From IMG/VR virus record IMGVR_UViG_3300029214_000148: a DNA stretch of 64,000 bases. The stretch is one strand, 5' to 3'. Positions 21,232-31,115 of this stretch are shown here, piece after piece. The notes under the pieces were generated by a model. That model had not been told where the DNA came from and searched no databases. It saw only the letters and a program-made list of their open reading frames with translations. Made by a program: the position numbers and the translations under genes. This stretch comes from a virus. Positions within the stretch are counted from its first letter, which is position 1; each line of letters opens with the position of its first letter.

Positions 21232-21258
21232 TTGACAATTTTCCAGATGGCGCAATAT
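21232..21258 (+). promoter_or_regulatory. family-1 conserved promoter (TTGACAATTTTCCAGATGGCGCAATAT)
   Basis: repeat family copy. Confidence 0.5.
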
Positions 21259-21261
21259 GTG

Positions 21262-21420
21262 TATTGTAAAGGTCATAAACCGGGCTGCCAGGGTTACCGG
21301 CTGGCAGAAATCCTTTCGAAAATGTTTACGCTTCCGGGAAAACCCGGAAAGGAGCAGGAGGACAGCAGCACATGCTGCTTCCGGGTGCGATTCCCGGATG
21401 CTTCTTTTACAAGACCGCAC
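21262..21420 (+). ncRNA. conserved structured leader RNA, copy A
   Basis: About 160 nt shared with copies at 33.1 and 38.2 kb. Nested hairpins GCTGCCAG/CTGGCAGC, CCGGGAAAACCCGG, GCAGCACATGCTGC, and a T-arm-like CCGGGTGCGATTCCCGG followed by a U-rich tract. Confidence 0.45.
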
Positions 21421-21471
21421 GAAGCGGCGCAAAAACCACATAAACATGACAAAATACAGGGAGATTAAAAA

Positions 21472-23772
21472 ATGAATCAGAATAAGAAGATAGCAGAGAA
21501 AAAATCAAGACCATACCAGCAGGAATGCATTGATAAGGTAGACAGCTTAAAAGAAGGAAGATTCCTGATTGCTCTTGCAACAGGGCTTGGGAAGACATGG
21601 ATCTTCTCCCATTTTAAGAGATACGGAAGAGTGCTTATTCTTTCACACAGGGATGAACTGGTCAACCAGCCGAGACGGTATTTCGACTGTAGTTTTGGCG
21701 TAGAAAAGGCAGAAAACCATTCCAATGGGGAAGAGGTAGTATCTGCGAGTGTTCAGACACTCAGCCATGACTCCCGTCTTAAGCAGTATAAGCCGGACGA
21801 TTTCCACACGATCATCATTGATGAGGCGCACCACGCTGCCGCGCCATCCTATAAGAAGATCTTAAATTACTTTTCCGGCGCTAAGCGTGTGATCGGTGTC
21901 ACGGCAACTCCGAAGCGTAGCGACAACGTCCGGTTAGATGACGTTTTTAACGAGATTATTTATGCAAAGGACCTTCGTTGGGGGATTAAAAATAAATATT
22001 TAAGTCCGGTGCACTGCCGGGAGGTCCGTGCAAAATATTCCCTGAAAGGCGTAAAAAAATCTATGGGGGATTTTAATGTATCCGATTTGGACGGTTGTAT
22101 TACGGAAGAAGCTGTAATAAGTGTTGCAAAAGTTCTTACAGACTGTCTTCAGGAGAATCGGCATATTCTTATTTATTGTACTACTGTCAGAACCTGTAAT
22201 TTCCTGAAGGCAGTAGTTGACAAACTGCTCCCGGAAAAAGAACGTGGCAGTGTTGCTGTTTTATCAGGGAAAACGCAGGAAGAAGATAGAAAAAATATGC
22301 TTGATGGTTTTATGAACGGGAGTGTCCGCGCCATTATTAACTGCATGGTTTTAACAGAAGGTACAGATCTTCCTATTACGGATACCATTATCAACTTCCG
22401 GCCGACGTGCAACGCGTCTTTGTATCAGCAGATCATCGGAAGAGGAACCCGGCTCTATGAAGGTAAGGAAAACTGTTTATGCATTGATATTCTTCCAGAT
22501 GATGGCAGCGGAACAAATCTGTGTACAGCTCTTACTCTTTTTGGTATAGATGCAAAACTTCTTGGAAAGAAACAGTCTCGAATGCTTGAAGGTGAGACTG
22601 ATCCGCTTGAGATTAGCGATGAAATTGCAGGACGATTTGCAGAACTTACAAAGGCATATGAATATCGGTTGGAGCAGGTTAATCGCTTTGTGCAGGAGCA
22701 GGAAGAAATTATATCTTCTGCGCGGAAGAAACCACATGCAGATTTAAACGACCTTGCGCATGCAGTAGATAAATATAATTCAAAGAAAATGGATGAATTC
22801 CAAAATGATTATGATTTCCTTGGAATGGATTACTCACTTATGCCGGATACGGAACATCGTTATTGTATCAAACCTACATGGAATGACCATATTTACCTTG
22901 CTGATCCAGATGTTATGGGAAATACAACAGTTACGTTTGATCTTACTGCTAGTGTCGGGAAATATTATATCGGTGAAATGAAAATGCAGGATGCAATTTC
23001 ATTTGTTCATGATTTTTGTATGATATCTCCAGATTATATGAAATATTCCTGGAACGTGGCATTACAGGATGAATGGGGGAAAATAAAAGCAACTGAAAAT
23101 CAAATTGGACGTCTTATGAATGAGTATGACGGGTTTCACAAAGGAAATATTAACAAACTTCAAGCATCCAGACTGATTGATCTTGCCTCTCGTATTTCGA
23201 AGATGAAGGCAGAGGGGAAAATGATGCTTATTACACCAAGAATGCAGGAAAAAACAATTGATAAAAAAAAGAAAATGTTTAAGGAAATACTCGAAAAGGA
23301 ACTGAGGGCAAAAGAGCAGGGGCGTAGTGAGTTTGGAGAATTCCAGTCGAAAATCTTTGCTTTGGCAGAAAAAAAGAAAAAAGACGAAGAGAAATTAAAG
23401 AACCAAAAGCCTTTGGAAGAAGAAATGCTCGAAAATGGGGCGATTACAGTTAATATTGCTGTTTTTAGTTCAAAAAAAACAGCAAGCGATGCGCAGATAA
23501 AATTTCTTGGTAATTTAAAAGATAAATTAAAAAACAGAGGAGTGGCTGTCGATAAAAAAATTCCTTATATAGGAATGGGAGCAGAAGAGGCAAGTGTATA
23601 TATTACTATATTAAAAACGCTTGTAGATCGTAACGTAGACCTTATAAAATATGGTAAAAAAATTTATTTTAATCCAAATACAATCATGAGTGTTGTATTA
23701 AAACTAAAGGACACTTCATCCAGAGAAATTAAATGTTGTATCCCGTTCGAAAAAATAGAAGAATTGAGATAA
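21472..23772 (+). CDS. SF2 (DEAH, ResIII-like) helicase with long C-terminal extension
   Basis: 766 aa; motif I ALATGLGKT; motif II IIIDEAHHAA; VTATPKR; no HD domain. Confidence 0.7.
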   Translation: MNQNKKIAEKKSRPYQQECIDKVDSLKEGRFLIALATGLGKTWIFSHFKRYGRVLILSHRDELVNQPRRYFDCSFGVEKAENHSNGEEVVSASVQTLSHDSRLKQYKPDDFHTIIIDEAHHAAAPSYKKILNYFSGAKRVIGVTATPKRSDNVRLDDVFNEIIYAKDLRWGIKNKYLSPVHCREVRAKYSLKGVKKSMGDFNVSDLDGCITEEAVISVAKVLTDCLQENRHILIYCTTVRTCNFLKAVVDKLLPEKERGSVAVLSGKTQEEDRKNMLDGFMNGSVRAIINCMVLTEGTDLPITDTIINFRPTCNASLYQQIIGRGTRLYEGKENCLCIDILPDDGSGTNLCTALTLFGIDAKLLGKKQSRMLEGETDPLEISDEIAGRFAELTKAYEYRLEQVNRFVQEQEEIISSARKKPHADLNDLAHAVDKYNSKKMDEFQNDYDFLGMDYSLMPDTEHRYCIKPTWNDHIYLADPDVMGNTTVTFDLTASVGKYYIGEMKMQDAISFVHDFCMISPDYMKYSWNVALQDEWGKIKATENQIGRLMNEYDGFHKGNINKLQASRLIDLASRISKMKAEGKMMLITPRMQEKTIDKKKKMFKEILEKELRAKEQGRSEFGEFQSKIFALAEKKKKDEEKLKNQKPLEEEMLENGAITVNIAVFSSKKTASDAQIKFLGNLKDKLKNRGVAVDKKIPYIGMGAEEASVYITILKTLVDRNVDLIKYGKKIYFNPNTIMSVVLKLKDTSSREIKCCIPFEKIEELR

Positions 23773-23841
23773 TAATATTATATTAAAATAAAAGTTTGTT
23801 ACTATGTATAAAAATAAATACAATATTCTTTTAAAATTTTT

Positions 23842-23868
23842 TTGACGTTTGTTTAAATGGCGCAATAT
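23842..23868 (+). promoter_or_regulatory. family-1 conserved promoter reading into a small CRISPR array
   Basis: TTGACGTTTGTTTAAATGGCGCAATAT about 75 nt upstream of the first repeat. Confidence 0.5.
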
Positions 23869-23945
23869 TCATAACGAAGGAAGTAAACAGTTAAAAATAA
23901 TCCCACGGGGATAGAGGTTAGTGAATAGCTTTAAGCCACTGTTAT

Positions 23946-24180
23946 AGTTGCACCACGCAAGGGTGCAGGGGTGAAATATTATACTGAATCGTCGCTGCCT
24001 GCATAGATATAGTTGCATCCCTTATGGGATGTATGGGTTGAAATTCAATAGAAACAGATGCATTCGGAGGTGTTACAAGTTGCACCCCCGCAAGGGGTGC
24101 ATGGGTTGAAAATAAGAAATGGTAGGAAGGAATTCAGATATGAACATTAGTTGCATCCCGCAAGGGGTGCAGGGTTGAAA
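23946..24180 (+). CRISPR. degenerate small array, 4 repeats (GTTGCACCCCGCAAGGGGTGCATGGGTTGAAAT-like), 3 spacers
   Basis: repeats at 23946, 24011, 24078, 24149 with spacers of 34-37 nt; spacer 2 near-identical to spacer 2 of the array at 41014. Confidence 0.7.
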
Positions 24181-24343
24181 TAAAAGGATGTTGCCATATA
24201 TGTCAACCGAACTCGGCTATTGAATAACCGAGCATGAGGAAGCGGTTCTTCGGAACCGATGAATCATCCAGTATGACTGGTGAAGCGATGGTATACATAT
24301 TTGAACAAATCAAACAAAAATACAGAATCAGAGGAGAAATAAC

Positions 24344-24982
24344 ATGTCAAAAACAAAAGGACTATCAAAGAAGAAAAAATTACTAAAAACGCTCATGGAT
24401 GAATACCTACCATTTATTACGGTACTACTTATTGTCTTTTTGTATGCAGTAATTGCATTTATTAACATTCCAATTAATAAATGGCTTAGTTTCAACTGTC
24501 CACAATGGTCAGATGGGGAATATCATTTTTGCGATGCATTTTTTGTTCTTCCCTTATTTGAACTGATTATTTGTTTCATTGTGTTTGCTGTTTGTTATTT
24601 TGCCAGCAAGATAACAGCATACAGGAATTATTGTTGCATCCCCCTTACAGAAAATGAAATCAGGAAAAAAGGATTCAGAAACGCAGATGAGTATTTTACC
24701 TACGTGTGCGACATGTGTTCTTATGGTTTTAAAAATAATAAGGGCTACATTCTTGTTGGTGATGAAGACCTCAAAAAAATGTTAACTACTTGTCTGCAGG
24801 TATTTCCTGATAATGGGACAATTTTTTTAATAAACCGCCATATGGTACGAAATATCATATGGGATCCTGATTTTCTTTCCGCGCTTGCACTAGCCAGTGA
24901 CCAAAGGGCGGAAATCATCAATGGACGTGTTGTATTGTCTGGCACCACAAAAGATGGTGACAGAAAAGAATATAAGATATAA
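24344..24982 (+). CDS. two-helix membrane protein, paralog family A
   Basis: 212 aa; N-terminus MSKTKGLSKKKK..FINIPINKWLSF; paralog of 46140..46787; sits immediately downstream of a CRISPR array. Confidence 0.55.
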   Translation: MSKTKGLSKKKKLLKTLMDEYLPFITVLLIVFLYAVIAFINIPINKWLSFNCPQWSDGEYHFCDAFFVLPLFELIICFIVFAVCYFASKITAYRNYCCIPLTENEIRKKGFRNADEYFTYVCDMCSYGFKNNKGYILVGDEDLKKMLTTCLQVFPDNGTIFLINRHMVRNIIWDPDFLSALALASDQRAEIINGRVVLSGTTKDGDRKEYKI

Positions 24983-24998
24983 AGCAAGGAGATATAAT

Positions 24999-25217
24999 AT
25001 GTCAAAGAAAGCATCAGAAACACCGGAGGTGCCATCATATATCCCTCCGGCAAGTGAAAAGGAAAAGATTATAGAAAAGATCCGAAAAAAAGGAATTGAA
25101 TGCAAACCGGATGGTACCGGGATTCCAATATTCTACACAAATGACCCGAAAGTAATGGATATGATCCGAAAAGAGATCAATGAACGATTTTCGTTCGGGT
25201 TTCATATTCGTCCATAG
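24999..25217 (+). CDS. small hypothetical protein
   Basis: 72 aa; ATG after AAGGAGAT. Confidence 0.4.
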   Translation: MSKKASETPEVPSYIPPASEKEKIIEKIRKKGIECKPDGTGIPIFYTNDPKVMDMIRKEINERFSFGFHIRP

Positions 25218-25256
25218 GGAAAATAATAGAAAATAAGATTATAGGAGAAATAGTAC

Positions 25257-25546
25257 ATGTCAAAGAAAAAAATATCAAAAAAGAAAATGTATTAAAGGTG
25301 TTATGGAATGAGTGTATAACATTCAAGGTGTTAATTTTTATCATAGCATATGTAGTGCTTGCGTTTATTAATATGCCATTTGAAAAATGGCTCTCGCTTT
25401 ATTTCGAATGGGAAAAATTAAAGGATTATCAAGAAGTATTCATGGAGGAGATAACATTATTAGTAATTCTCCCTCTCATGGAGATAGCTGCTGTTGCATT
25501 AATTTGTTTTATTATCTATGAGTTTTTTGCTCTGTCAGTAAGATGA
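25257..25546 (+). pseudogene. frameshifted truncated paralog of family A membrane protein
   Basis: MSKKKISKKK...stop; one frame over continues VLKVLWNECITFKV...FINMPFEKWL, matching 46140; shift lies in an A-run. Confidence 0.4.
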
Positions 25547-25655
25547 TTGCATCTGATGAAGTAATTTCGATTGAAAAGGAAGAATGATACGAAAAGAACA
25601 CCGCTATTAGGTCAGAAATAAATAGCAGAGGTTTGCAGATATAAGGAGGATCGGA

Positions 25656-25877
25656 ATGTGTACTTTAAAGGATAAGTTAGTGGAATGTGGAGCATGTGTA
25701 GCAGCTGTAATTCTTGTGTTGGCAGTTTGTTATGGACTAAGTTGGATTGTAACATGTGGAGTTATTAAGCTGATTACGATGTGTTTTGGATTAACATTTA
25801 AGTGGTCCATTGCAACCGGTATTTGGTTAATAATTTGTATTTTGAAAAGTATTTTTAATGTAACTGTTAAGAAATAA
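25656..25877 (+). CDS. small membrane protein
   Basis: 73 aa hydrophobic. Confidence 0.35.
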   Translation: MCTLKDKLVECGACVAAVILVLAVCYGLSWIVTCGVIKLITMCFGLTFKWSIATGIWLIICILKSIFNVTVKK

Positions 25878-26146
25878 ATAGGAGAAATGAGCTATGACAA
25901 TATTAAATTTTATCATTGAGTGTTGGAAGAATTCTTGCGACGAAAAAATCAAAAGGAATTATGTTGAATCCCTTGCTAAAGTGGCGGTTTCAGTGGCCAT
26001 CATTATTATATCTGTTTTATTATATTTGCACATATGAAATGTATAACGGAAATGTATATTTTGGGGGAGGAGGGGTAAGTACAAACATAATTTTTAAAAA
26101 AGTAGCGCAAAGAAAGAATTCACTAATGCAGAAGGAGCGTAACAAT

Positions 26147-27970
26147 ATGATCAACGGAGAATTAGTTGTAGATAATTTTGCGGGCGGAGGAGGAGCTTCC
26201 ACAGGAATTGAACTTGCTACCGGATACAGCGTAGACATAGCTATTAACCATGATCCGGAGGCCATTAAGATGCATAAAGTAAATCATCCCAATACAAAAC
26301 ACTATTGTGAAAACGTATGGGAGGTTGATCCAGTAAAAGCCTGCAAGGGGCACCCTGTCGGTCTTGCATGGTTTTCTCCGGACTGTAAGCATTTTTCCAA
26401 GGCCAAGGGGGGAAAACCGGTAGAAAAGAATATTCGCGGTCTTGCGTGGGTTGTGCTTAAATGGGCGGCACTTGTCAGACCAAGAGTTATCATGCTTGAA
26501 AATGTGGAAGAATTTCAGACATGGGGACCATGTATTCCTATCAGGGATAAAGATACAGGACGCGTTATTGTCAGCATGGTAGGAAGGCATGACAGAGAGA
26601 AGAACGAGCCGCGTACGAGGGTTGCAGATCCAGGAGAAGTTGTTCCTGTAGATCGCCAGATATTCCAACCAGATCCTAAAAGGAGCGGCCAGACATACAA
26701 AAAATGGAGAAAGCAGCTAGAAGCACTTGGATATGAGATAGATACAAAGGAACTTGTAGCAGCTGATTATGGCGCACCTACTATGAGAAAGAGATTCTTT
26801 ATGATTGCACGGTGTGATGGCAAGCCGATTGTCTGGCCGGAACCAACACATGGACCGGCAGACAGTGAAGCGGTTAAAGCAGGTCTTGCCAAACCTTATG
26901 TAGGAGCGTACACGCAATTGGATTTTTCCATGCCGTGTCCGAGTATATTCGATACATCTAAGGAAATCAAAGAGAAGTATGGAATACGCGCTGTACGTCC
27001 ATTGGCGCAGAAAACAATGGATCGAATCGCAAGAGGATTAAAAAAGTTCGTATTAGACAATCCGGAGCCGTTTATTATCCAATGCAATCATGGTGGAGAG
27101 CGTAGACAAAACGACATCAAAGAGCCTTTACCTACTATTACTGGAAAACACGGATATGGAATTGTGGAACCTAAGATTGTTCCATATATGGGAACCAATA
27201 CAACAAATCATCCAGGTGGAAATTGTAAAAATCCTATACATACAATTACAACAGGAAATCAACAGTGCCTTATCAGCCCAACGCTGATTCAGTATTATTC
27301 CGAAACATCGAAGGATGAAGTCAGAAGCCAATCGATTGAAGATCCGATAATGACCGTGGATGGTTCGAACCGATACGGATTGGTCACGTCGTTTCTACAT
27401 AAATATTATGACGGAGGATACACTGGAGCTGGTGATACTGTCGAAAATCCGTTACCGACAGTAACATCCTGGGATCATAACAGTCTGTGTGCAGTTAATC
27501 TGATCCAAATGAATAATCATTGCGATGGAAGGGACGTGAAGGAGCCAATTCCAACAATCACAGCAGGCGATGGTCATTTCGGAGAGGTTAGAGCATTTCT
27601 GATCAAGTATTATGGTCAGGGAACTGGACAGGATGTTAAGGAACCTTTGGATACGGTTACATCAAGAGATCGATTTGGTTTAGTTACAATTAATGGTACC
27701 GACTATAAGATCGTGGATATCGGATTGAGGATGCTTGAACCGAAAGAACTGTATGGATGCCAGGGATTTCCAGATGATTACATCATAGACCGCGATTACA
27801 CAGGGAAAAAATACCCACGGAGTGAGCAGGTACGCAGGTGTGGAAATGCTGTATGTCCTCCGATTCCGGCTGCTCTTGTAAAAGCAAATCTTCCGGAATT
27901 ATGTGTGGCGAAGCGTACCGGCAATATGAAAATCCGGGAGGAACAGACCGGACAGCTTGGATTTGCATAA
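26147..27970 (+). CDS. DNA (cytosine-5)-methyltransferase with five repeated target-recognition modules
   Basis: Motif I FAGGGG; motif IV FSPDCKHFSKAKGG; motif VI ENVEEF; motif X GNAVCPP. Five repeats of (E/N)P(L/I)PT(I/V)T...G. Internal ATG after GAAGGAG. Confidence 0.7.
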   Translation: MINGELVVDNFAGGGGASTGIELATGYSVDIAINHDPEAIKMHKVNHPNTKHYCENVWEVDPVKACKGHPVGLAWFSPDCKHFSKAKGGKPVEKNIRGLAWVVLKWAALVRPRVIMLENVEEFQTWGPCIPIRDKDTGRVIVSMVGRHDREKNEPRTRVADPGEVVPVDRQIFQPDPKRSGQTYKKWRKQLEALGYEIDTKELVAADYGAPTMRKRFFMIARCDGKPIVWPEPTHGPADSEAVKAGLAKPYVGAYTQLDFSMPCPSIFDTSKEIKEKYGIRAVRPLAQKTMDRIARGLKKFVLDNPEPFIIQCNHGGERRQNDIKEPLPTITGKHGYGIVEPKIVPYMGTNTTNHPGGNCKNPIHTITTGNQQCLISPTLIQYYSETSKDEVRSQSIEDPIMTVDGSNRYGLVTSFLHKYYDGGYTGAGDTVENPLPTVTSWDHNSLCAVNLIQMNNHCDGRDVKEPIPTITAGDGHFGEVRAFLIKYYGQGTGQDVKEPLDTVTSRDRFGLVTINGTDYKIVDIGLRMLEPKELYGCQGFPDDYIIDRDYTGKKYPRSEQVRRCGNAVCPPIPAALVKANLPELCVAKRTGNMKIREEQTGQLGFA

Positions 27971-28110
27971 ATTGCATAAATTGCTATACTGTAAAAAGAA
28001 AATGTAAATATTGCTATCATTTGTATTTTTATAGACGTTCATATGCGCAATACATAATTCTTTTTGAAAAAGTAATGAGATGGTAACAAAGAAAAAAGGA
28101 GAGTGAAAGA

Positions 28111-28569
28111 GTGGTTCAAAATTTTGAGGCGTATGGAGTTGAAATTACGGTAGAGAAACCAATTGCTGTATGCGTAGCGTGCTCATTTTGTGTAAACATA
28201 GATATGGCGGTGGATAAAAATGTTACTCATTTTTGTGAAATTCTTGGGAAAGAAATGACTAATCAAGAAGCTGATAATAAACCTTGTTCAGAATGTCCAA
28301 TTACATATAGAAATAAAGAGTCTTTAAATGAAAAGAAGGAGAAAGGAAAAATGTTGATAATAAGTATTGTAATTTTATTTATGGGACTTGTATACATGGG
28401 GGCTATTGGAGTTGAAACTTTTTCACGCTCATTAATTTTTATTATGATTTCCATCGTTGAGCTTTTTCTTATCGTGTATGCGGACCGAAAAGATTTTGAA
28501 GAAAAAAGAAAACGTGATCATTCCATAACTCAATATGATCCGGATGAAGAAACAATAGAAGAGGATTAA
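28111..28569 (+). CDS. hypothetical protein (Cys pairs N-terminal, central membrane helices, acidic tail)
   Basis: 152 aa; GTG start after GGAGAG. Confidence 0.35.
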   Translation: MVQNFEAYGVEITVEKPIAVCVACSFCVNIDMAVDKNVTHFCEILGKEMTNQEADNKPCSECPITYRNKESLNEKKEKGKMLIISIVILFMGLVYMGAIGVETFSRSLIFIMISIVELFLIVYADRKDFEEKRKRDHSITQYDPDEETIEED

Positions 28570-28639
28570 AAAATGGGGGATGAAATTTGCTATTTGCATG
28601 CTTCAGAATAGGAAATTAAAAGGATAATGGAGAATAGAA

Positions 28640-29002
28640 ATGGGAGTTTTTCAAACAAAAGTATACAAGGAATGTTATCCATTTTCGAGAGAGGTTTTGT
28701 ACAATACAGAAAAACGGAAATTAATAATTCATTTACTAGAATTCCGTAATCCGGATCTTGTTTATGGCTCAAAAAAGAAAGCAATGATAACTGGAAGAAA
28801 ATTAAGGAAACAGGTTTTAGTTGCTGTTGACGAAGAATTAGATAAAATAGATGAAATTTATACATATATAGAAAATAGAGAGTATGCGAAAGTTGACGGT
28901 ATTTATATGAATTGGCTTCTCAAATTCTACAAATCCAGGATACGATGTTTTTTGGGAATAGGATTATATATGCCATATCAATGCTTTCAGTTATTTGAAT
29001 AA
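28640..29002 (+). CDS. hypothetical protein
   Basis: 120 aa. Confidence 0.4.
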   Translation: MGVFQTKVYKECYPFSREVLYNTEKRKLIIHLLEFRNPDLVYGSKKKAMITGRKLRKQVLVAVDEELDKIDEIYTYIENREYAKVDGIYMNWLLKFYKSRIRCFLGIGLYMPYQCFQLFE

Positions 29003-29015
29003 AGGTGGTGATATA

Positions 29016-29288
29016 ATTATGCATGAAATAGAAAACAAAATTTTAGAAGAATTGCTTGTTGCACCTTTGTGCATTGTTCAAGACCGGTATGGTGGATGTT
29101 ATTCTGGAGCAGAATATCTGGCATTTAATATGGAACCGTATTTAGTAACAGAATTGGACGTAGATGCAGGTGATATGAGCTGTCGCGATTTTTGGGAATA
29201 CGAAGCGAAAGAGTATATTATTGGAAAAGGAAATACTCCGTTAGAAGCACTATGCGATTTACAAATTAAATTAACTTCAAAGAAGTGA
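29016..29288 (+). CDS. hypothetical protein
   Basis: 90 aa; ATG after AAGGTGGTG. Confidence 0.4.
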   Translation: MMHEIENKILEELLVAPLCIVQDRYGGCYSGAEYLAFNMEPYLVTELDVDAGDMSCRDFWEYEAKEYIIGKGNTPLEALCDLQIKLTSKK

Positions 29289-29482
29289 TTGTGGCAGAAA
29301 GAACGGGTATAAAATGAAAAAGATTCCATGGCTTGTCTTATCTATCAATAACAGCAGAGTACCACTTCCATATGATGCTCCGCATGGGAGTGGTAGTTCA
29401 TAAAAAAGCTTCCATCAATGCTTTTGAAAAGCTATAATTATAACGTGTTATGGTCAAGCTTATAATAAGGAGATGAATAAAT

Positions 29483-29698
29483 ATGTACGGTATATCAAGG
29501 AAAATCCATGAGAGATTCATAAATAGAAAGTCAAAGAAACACGATGAAAAATATACAGTCCCATTTCCTACGGACATTCCAAACCCAAATATCGTGGTTT
29601 TCGGTACTCATGGGAGTGGTAAATGTCGGATGCCTCTTCGCGTTAATGCTCAAATAAAAGAACTGACTACATATGATGGACTGACAGAAAGGAGATAA
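29483..29698 (+). CDS. small hypothetical protein
   Basis: 71 aa; AAGGAG RBS. Confidence 0.35.
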   Translation: MYGISRKIHERFINRKSKKHDEKYTVPFPTDIPNPNIVVFGTHGSGKCRMPLRVNAQIKELTTYDGLTERR

Positions 29699-29700
29699 AT

Positions 29701-30045
29701 ATGGGAACTATTAGAAACAGATTGACGATTGTGAATGATTACAATTTTGATAGAATTACCAACACAAGACAAAATGCGGTTGAATATTTTGGAAAAATCA
29801 TGCGAGATGAATTTGACTTTCCGGATTATGATGTGAACACACAGATGATAAGTCCTATTTTGCCAAGTGTAGTAAACGGCATATACACCTTTGTTATTAT
29901 GGGAGACTGCTCAAAAGACGGATGGGAATTATCTAACGATTTTAAAAAGTACAGAGACGAGTGGATTCGGAAAAATAAGGGTCTAAATATATTGGTTGCA
30001 GACTTTGGAGAGGGAGATGCAGAAGCATATATAAAAGAGTATTAA
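29701..30045 (+). CDS. hypothetical protein
   Basis: 114 aa; AAAGGAG RBS. Confidence 0.4.
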   Translation: MGTIRNRLTIVNDYNFDRITNTRQNAVEYFGKIMRDEFDFPDYDVNTQMISPILPSVVNGIYTFVIMGDCSKDGWELSNDFKKYRDEWIRKNKGLNILVADFGEGDAEAYIKEY

Positions 30046-30256
30046 TGCCCGTTTACAGTCTATAAAAGACATATTGTATCCAGAATTAAGCAAACAAGCC
30101 GTTTCTTCTCGCCTGTAGAAGGAAGGTTGAACTGGATGAAGATGTGACAGTAGACAACTGGAAGGCTCGTATAGATATTGATGAATTAGAAGCTACATAT
30201 CGGGTCGCAGATTTATATACCGGTTCAATCGAAGCGTGATAGTTAATGTGTAAAGA

Positions 30257-30288
30257 AAGAGTCTTGGAATAAGGCTCTTTTTTTTATT
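30257..30288 (+). terminator. rho-independent terminator
   Basis: AAGAGTCTTGGAATAAGGCTCTT + T8. Confidence 0.6.
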
Positions 30289-30321
30289 TCAGAAAAATTT
30301 TCAAGAAATTTCTGATTTACT

Positions 30322-30348
30322 TTGACGATTTTTCAAAAGGCGCAATAT
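30322..30348 (+). promoter_or_regulatory. family-1 conserved promoter (consensus copy)
   Basis: TTGACGATTTTTCAAAAGGCGCAATAT. Confidence 0.55.
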
Positions 30349-30391
30349 GTGTAATGAAGACGAAAATAAGACGATTTTGGAGGGAGAAAAA

Positions 30392-30721
30392 ATGAAAATT
30401 TACTTTGAGGATGGAAAACTTGTCAATATTAAGCAATTACCGATTGCGCCGGATTATGTGATTGATGCTTCTGATGGAGTAACTGCCTGCATGGATATGC
30501 TGGATCGAATTTACTCGACTAATCGAGATGCAGTTGTATATACAAATTCAATTATTGCATTCAGTAACCGGTATGCATGGAATGAAGAGAAGAAAATTTC
30601 GGATGTTTATATCAGAGATGGAGAGGGTATGGAATTTACCAATATTGCGCTTCTGACAAATAGACAACTTCGGGAGGGGCATAATCTCGCGAAGTTGTAT
30701 CTTGGCGGTGAGTTCCGGTAG
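30392..30721 (+). CDS. hypothetical protein
   Basis: 109 aa; ATG after GGAGGGAGAAAAA. Confidence 0.45.
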   Translation: MKIYFEDGKLVNIKQLPIAPDYVIDASDGVTACMDMLDRIYSTNRDAVVYTNSIIAFSNRYAWNEEKKISDVYIRDGEGMEFTNIALLTNRQLREGHNLAKLYLGGEFR

Positions 30722-31115
30722 GAAAGAAAGGGAAAAATCATGGACAAAAGTGGAGTAATTAACGGATAGACTTACGAGGAAACAAACCAGACTGCGAAAA
30801 CTGCATGATTGTGGGAAAAAATATGTACAGATAGGATGTCCTACGACAGCTTATGGGATTTGTGTAGGCATACAAAAAGGAAATTGATGAATACTATGCG
30901 GTCGGAGTCCCAGAAGAGCGCCTGGAAAATGCAGAAAAGCAGAGAAAGGAAGAAAAACTTGAGCAAGAATCTAATTTGCATATGAGGGTATAGCAGATTC
31001 AAGATCGGTTGTATGTATTATTTTTGAAAGGGGTGATGCCTATTGAGAGTTAATTTTAAAGAGAGTACATAAATAGCAGTTTAAAAAATCATAAAGAATG
31101 TGAGGGAAAAAATAT

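Noticed and set aside
21232-21475. ORFs inside the structured leaders (21232..21468, 21257..21475, 33254..33457, 38151..38567, 38166..38369, 38273..38515)
   Set aside because: The three leader copies are conserved at the nucleotide level, not the codon level. The ORFs differ in frame between copies.
21472-23772. SF2 DEAH helicase as a possible Cas3
   Set aside because: There is no N-terminal HD nuclease domain and motif II is DEAH, not DEVH. It is 18 kb from the cas genes and behind its own leader RNA. Treated as an unrelated helicase.
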